The notes below the pieces were generated by a model. That model did no database searches and was not told the origin of the DNA. It saw only the letters and a program-made list of their open reading frames with translations. Below are positions 58,593 through 64,000 of a stretch of 64,000 nt of DNA, one piece after another (the first letter of the stretch is position 1; the number at the start of each line of letters is the position of its first letter). The stretch spans positions 405,099-469,098 of the forward strand of contig JAWQFM010000019.1 of assembly GCA_033442325.1 (NCBI GenBank), given 5' to 3'. The stretch comes from Salpingoeca rosetta (lineage: Eukaryota; Protista; Choanoflagellata). Position numbers and translations under genes: made by a program.

Positions 58593-58648
58593 GTTGGTAA
58601 AATGCTGAATTTACCAACAGCACAGTGTAATTTGCCACCGGTGGTAAA
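58593..58648. promoter_or_regulatory. Two inverted-repeat elements built from TGGTAAA/TTT(A/G)CCA half-sites in the Rrp6/GT71 divergent promoter
   Basis: GTTGGTAAA-N8-TTTACCAAC (58593-58618) and TTTGCCACCGGTGGTAAA (58631-58648). Confidence 0.4.
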
Positions 58649-58980
58649 AAAGCAACGAGCGACTACCGCGGATTTTGTGTGCTGCGCCCAGGCATTATTC
58701 GCGCATTGTTAAAATCAAACCCCCCTGCTGCTAGTGCTCCTCTTCACACTGCTGGCGCTGCTGTGTGCACTCTTTGACACCCAGCACCACCCGCGACCCA
58801 TTGTTGTGGCTGCTGTTGCCGACCGCTGCACGGTCACAGCCCTCTTCTTCGTCCCCTGCTTACCCTGGCAGTCCACGCTGCTGTCGAGTTCACACACACT
58901 TGCCCCACCCCGCGCAACTCTTCTCTCCTCTCTTGGAGTTTCTGTTCATCCCTGTTCCCTGTCGCTTGCTCACCTTGACG

Positions 58981-59210
58981 ATGGCGCGCGTGGTGGGCCT
59001 GGACGTGCTAGCGCCGATGGTTCTGGTGGCATGCTCGCTGATCGCAGTCTCGGTTTCCGCACAAGCACCAACAAGATCAGGTAACGCGTCTCAATGAACA
59101 CACTCTGACCTTCCCCCTGGGCCGCATCGCCCTTCTTGTTGAGCATTGTTCTTTTCCAACATCCACAACAGCCACGCACCATGCAAAGACATCTCCTGGC
59201 CTTGGTACAG

Positions 59211-59261
<51 letters not shown>

Positions 59262-62200
59262 ACACACATACACACACACTACGCACACCAACGCGCGGGT
59301 GGATAGCGCGCTGAAACGCAGTTGCTGATCATCGATCCATACGCTAATCACCACACTTCAAAACACACACACACACACACGCACACACACTCTCTCGCAC
59401 ATGGCGCACGTCACATCACTCTCTTGCCCCTGCAGAGTTCATTGTACGAAACGACACGAGATGCGACCATCACATGGCACTGCACTCGCTGTCGCGCGAT
59501 GCCCTCGACCAATGCCAGAGGTTGTGTGAGAAGGATAAGCAGTGCACTTCCTTTTCCCTCAACGACAAAACAGGGGAATGCTTTCTCTTTGGCGAGGACG
59601 CATCGTGTCATCAAGCTCTGATGTGGACATCTGGATTCAAAGGTGCATGGGCGCGTGCGTATGTGTGCGGGCATTTGTGTGTGTGTGTTGTGTGTGTGTT
59701 GTGTGTGTGTTGTGTATGTGTGTGTGTTGTGTGTGTGTTGTGTGTGTGTGGGCAATCGTCTAACTTGTGTGGCATACGTGTACACAGCCGATGCAGTGCC
59801 AAGATGTGTTGTATGGCACCGCACCTACGTCGCTGTGTCCGTTGATCGTGCACAGTCGTTGCGGCTGTGTGTCCTTGTGCAATTCCCCAACTGTTGCTCA
59901 CAACTCCTTCATTTGTCGTCACGGTGCATGCGTGTGTGTGTGTGTGTGTTCGACACAGACACGCGGGCTGTGCGAGCTGTGGAAGGCAGCGTCGCTCGCA
60001 TGTCCTGTCCCAAAGGAATGTACATCAGCAACGTCAAGGCCAAGTTCAACGCTCCAGGGTGCACTGCCCACGACGTCAGCGACATTGTGCAGGACCTTTG
60101 CTTGCAGCAACAAGCGTGTGCTGTCTCTGTTGCTCGTGAGCTCTTCCTCGTGAACCCAGAGTGCAAAGGCACCTTCGTCCTCTCCGCAGCAGCTTCTTGC
60201 GAAGGTGGGAATGAACGTTTTGTGGTTGAAGGGAGCCAACGTCAGGCACGTGCCAGTCATATGCACCATGTGCCAAACATCATGTGTCTCGTGAACCCCA
60301 TCACCAAACACACAAGCACACACACACACACACAAGCACACACACACATACACAAACACACACAAGCACACACACATACACAAACACACACAAGCACATA
60401 CACACACACACAAGCACACACACACAAGCATATACGTACACGAGCACACTCGCCTCACCCATACCCATCACCAATGCCATCACCAATGCCATCACCAATG
60501 CCATCACCACACCATTGCACTGCCTTTTCTTCCAGCTGGCGTGGCGTTTTATGAGGACGAGCACTTTAGCAGCTGGAGCAGTGCCAACTGGGACGCTGCA
60601 CGCGCTGTTGTCGATGACAGGAGAGCAGAGTGGAAGCAGTACCTTGAGAACGTGCCTACTTACCCTGAAGGCAAGTACCGTGGCCGCGGTATCATCATCG
60701 TTGCCGGCGGCAGGTACCTCGCCTCTGCCCTGGTCTCCGTCAAGATGCTGCGCGACCTTGGATGTACGCTGCGCATCCAAATCTGGCACCTGGGCCCGGA
60801 GGAGGTTGACGCTGCTCAGCGGGAGGTGCTGGCTGCGTACGACGTTGAGCCGCGTGACTTCACCGCCGTTGTTCCACCAGAGCTGCTGAAGCCCATTGAA
60901 AGCAACGTCGGCATGCGCCTCTTCCAGCTCAAACCGCTAGCGCTGCTGTACTCTGACCTGCAGGAGGTGCTCCTCATCGACTCTGACAACACGCCCCTCA
61001 TGGACCCGACCTACCTCTTCTCGGAGCAGGGGTTCCAGGACACGGGCACCGTGTTCTGGCCAGACTACTGGAAGACGAGCTTCGACAACCCCATCTGGGC
61101 CATCCTGGGCATGGAGCCCAAGGCCATGTGGGAGCAGGAGAGCGGGCAGCTGCTCATCAACAAGCGGGCGGCGTGGCGCGGCCTCAACCTGTGCGTCCAC
61201 TTCAACAGCGCCTTCTACATGGGGCTCATCAACGGCGACAAGGATACCTTCCGCTTCGCATGGCTGGCAGCAGGTGTCCCTTTTGTCATGAACTCGTGGA
61301 TGCCCAGCGCCGTCGGCACCGTCAAGGAGCGCCACTCTGACACGGACCTTGGCTTCTGCAGCCACACCATGCTGCAGCACGACCTTCAGGGCAGGCCCCT
61401 CTTTGTCCACCACAACCAGCTCAAGCACGCGCAGCTGCCGCTTGGCGAGAATTTCCGCTACATGAAGAGCCTGCGCGGTGTCAACGCCCGCGTGCTCCCT
61501 GTCGCGGGCCTGGACGTGAACGGCGCCGTGTTGCCGTGCAACGACGTCATCAGCGGAGAGCTTCCCTTGGCCAGCAGCGGCGCCACCTCCGCCGAGCCGA
61601 CGGGGCTGGGTGCGTTTGAGGTGCGCTACTTTGCTGCCACCTATCACATTGCCGCTCAGCTCGAAGAGGCAGTCGCTCGCATCGGCACCGGCACCGTGGC
61701 CGCTACGCAGCAACAACGGCAGCAGCCAACAGCAGGAGCAGAAGCAGCAACGCCAGGTGCACAGCTTGCAGGATTTGGTGAGGCGGAGAGCCTCCTGATC
61801 CGCGATCGCCGCGTCACATCGGACAACGTCACCACCAACTGCAACGTGGGCGAGTTTGAGCTTGCCCCGAATGTGTGCGAGTACATCACCGCGTGTGAGG
61901 CTGACCAGGTCGAAATGAGCGCTCCCACTGCGACCTCTGATCGCGTGTGCGAAGCCGGCCCAAGTTACGTCGACCCCATCCTCCAGACCATCACTGTCAC
62001 TAGCGATGGCGCGGCGTTCAACCTTGCCGCAGACGGCCAGGCTGCACAGGCTGCACCCGCCATTACTGTGAGCCAGGGCGGCCGGTACCTGTTCCAGTTG
62101 TCCAGCGTCCCAACATCGTCCAGCTTCGTGATTGAGGACGGGGCCGGGGCAACCGTCGCTGGCCCTGCAACCGAGGATCAGGGCGTGCAGCTGCAGCCGG

Positions 62201-62583
62201 GCGAGCTGGGCGTGGAGTTCACCTACTACGACGGCACAGGCTCGCTCACGGGTAACACCATCACCGTGGACACGACCACCAGCTACTCGCTGCAGTACTC
62301 CGGGTATCACGGCACACATACAGGGCCATATCAGCGATACAACACCGCCTACGACCCGAGCAATCACCTGTTCACCCGCGACGTGTTCAGCCTGACGAGC
62401 AAAGGGTTTTCCGCGGCGCGCACAGAGTGCAGGGTGGCATGCAGCCAGGACTCCGCCTGCACCGGGTTCTACGTGTATGTCACAGACACGAAGACGGTCT
62501 GTCATGGGCTTGCATACCTCGGTGAGCCCACTGACACTTTGGCAGACAGTGAGAGCTGGATCAAGGTCACCCAAGTGAACTAG
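58981..62583 (+). CDS. Secretory-pathway GT71 (Mnn2/Mnn5-like) alpha-mannosyltransferase with N-terminal PAN/Apple and SUEL-type lectin domains, plus C-terminal PTxTSDRxC and PAN modules; 4 exons, ~866 aa (couscous-like architecture)
   Basis: Exons 58981-59080, 59436-59642, 59959-60204, 60536-62583. RGIIIVAGGRY, LRDLGCTLRIQIW, FQLKPLALLYS..VLLIDSDN (DxD), FWPDYW, EQESGQLLINK, GDKDTFRFAW. PAN: CQRLCEKDKQCTSFS..GECFL. SUEL-like: MSCPKGMYI..VQDLCLQQQACAVSV..NPECKGT. Confidence 0.9.
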
Positions 62584-62694
62584 CTTGCTTGTTGCCAAAC
62601 GCGTAGGTTGCTTGGTTTGCCTTGGTGCACATGGTGAACGCCCTCCGTCGATGGAAGGTTGTGACAAAAGGTGCTTGGTCACCTGTAATTGTGG

Positions 62695-62732
<38 letters not shown>

Positions 62733-63228
62733 GCTGCGATGTTGGCGCGTTGGATTGGTTGCGATAAGTGGACTCGGCATGCATGTTCATTCGTGTGCGG
62801 GATATTTTAGTGGCTTCCTGAAGCGACGGCTAGTGTCTTCAGGCTTGCCCGACGGTTGCGAGGAGTTTGTGTGTGTGTGTGTGCGCGTGTGCGCGTGTGC
62901 GTGTGTGCGTGTGCGTGTGCATGTGTGTTTGTACAACGCACACGTGCTATCATGTACACATGTGTGTGCTGGTGTGTTACACTTACACATTTCTTTCATT
63001 CTTTGATTTGTAGCGAAGGAGAGGGAGGGGCGGGAAGAAGGGCAAGAGCGAGAGGCAGTTGTACATTTGTCAGCCTGTTGATTGCTTGTTGTGTGGCCAG
63101 GTTGTTCCTGGTGACCATGTACTCATGTCAGATGTGCACAGCAAAAGCCAAGAACGAAAGACAAGAAACGAAACAGAAACGAACGCAAGAATGAGACATG
63201 GCATGAATGTGATACCGTGTGAACCCAA

Positions 63229-63263
<35 letters not shown>

Positions 63264-63285
63264 CCACACACACACACACACACAT

Positions 63286-63363
<78 letters not shown>

Positions 63364-63485
63364 CGGGTTCAGCAACCTGCTCACACAAAACAGATGCAAA
63401 GCGCGACGCGTATCAACGTGATGAGAGTACCCAGCTCATTTTGAAACACGACAAGATAAGCAAGGCCATGGAAGGGGCACCACCA

Positions 63486-64000
63486 CTATCGCTCCTGCGA
63501 GTCGAGCCATCGCGAGCGGCCCGTCAGCGATCGACACAGGTTGCGCAATGTGGTGTCGAGGTCTGGTGTCACCCAGTGCTGGGCGCCGTGTGTTGGGTGG
63601 GGCTCAGTCACGTCGTTTGAATCGACAAAGATGAGGGGGCTTTCCGAGATGGGAGGCTCGCTGTGCTCCTTCGACTGCCCAGAGCCATGCTTCGTGCCTG
63701 TTCCTGTGGGCTGCGGCGACGTGTGACCCGTGCTCGCTGCGCCACCGCCACCACGTCCAAGCTGCTGATTTGATGCACTCCGCCCAGTGCCACCAAGCGC
63801 AGATGCACGACCGATGCTGCTGGTGTTGTTGTCGTTGTTGGTGGCGGGGTTATTGTGGCCTGTGCTCGTGCTGTCCACGGCCGCGTTGCTGCTACGGTGC
63901 TGCCCACCACCACCGCCGCCACCACCACCACTACCACTGTTACTGCTTGTTGTTGCGACTGCACCATGGTTGGTCGTGGACGTGGTCGCTGCATTCGCCA
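63486..64000 (-). CDS. Terminal exon of an unidentified gene (low-complexity Gly/Ser/Thr/Asn C-terminus) that starts beyond the window
   Basis: One frame is open from the window edge (ANAATTSTTNHG..) to DTTLRNLCRSLTGRSRWLDSQER*; non-microsatellite, GC-rich composition. Confidence 0.6.
   Translation of the reverse strand, partial: ANAATTSTTNHGAVATTSSNSGSGGGGGGGGGQHRSSNAAVDSTSTGHNNPATNNDNNTSSIGRASALGGTGRSASNQQLGRGGGGAASTGHTSPQPTGTGTKHGSGQSKEHSEPPISESPLIFVDSNDVTEPHPTHGAQHWVTPDLDTTLRNLCRSLTGRSRWLDSQER

Overview
Intron-rich eukaryotic DNA whose introns are full of (GT)n/(CA)n/(GTCT)n microsatellites, with seven N-gaps. Gene content and style (PTxTSDRxC repeats, receptor PTP, PAN/Apple modules, GT71) point to a choanoflagellate such as Salpingoeca rosetta; this is an inference. 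Splicing exons by hand gives 11 genes: myosin-I (partial, +), nucleolin/Nsr1 (-), a giant ~5000-aa receptor tyrosine phosphatase with a cytoplasmic CAP-Gly domain (+), a secreted bacterial-type CAP/SCP protein ending in two defensin-like modules (-), MRG15 (+), a STE20 kinase with an N-myristoylation motif (+), Arp1 (-), a secreted PAN plus furin-like Cys-rich protein (+), Rrp6/EXOSC10 (-), a PAN-SUEL lectin-GT71 mannosyltransferase (+) and the last exon of an unknown gene (-). All four secreted or surface genes sit head-to-head with a housekeeping gene. Most ORF-track entries (CVCV/THTH) are microsatellite noise. I saw no RNA genes, CRISPR arrays or transposases. Exon boundaries were read manually and may be off by a few nt.
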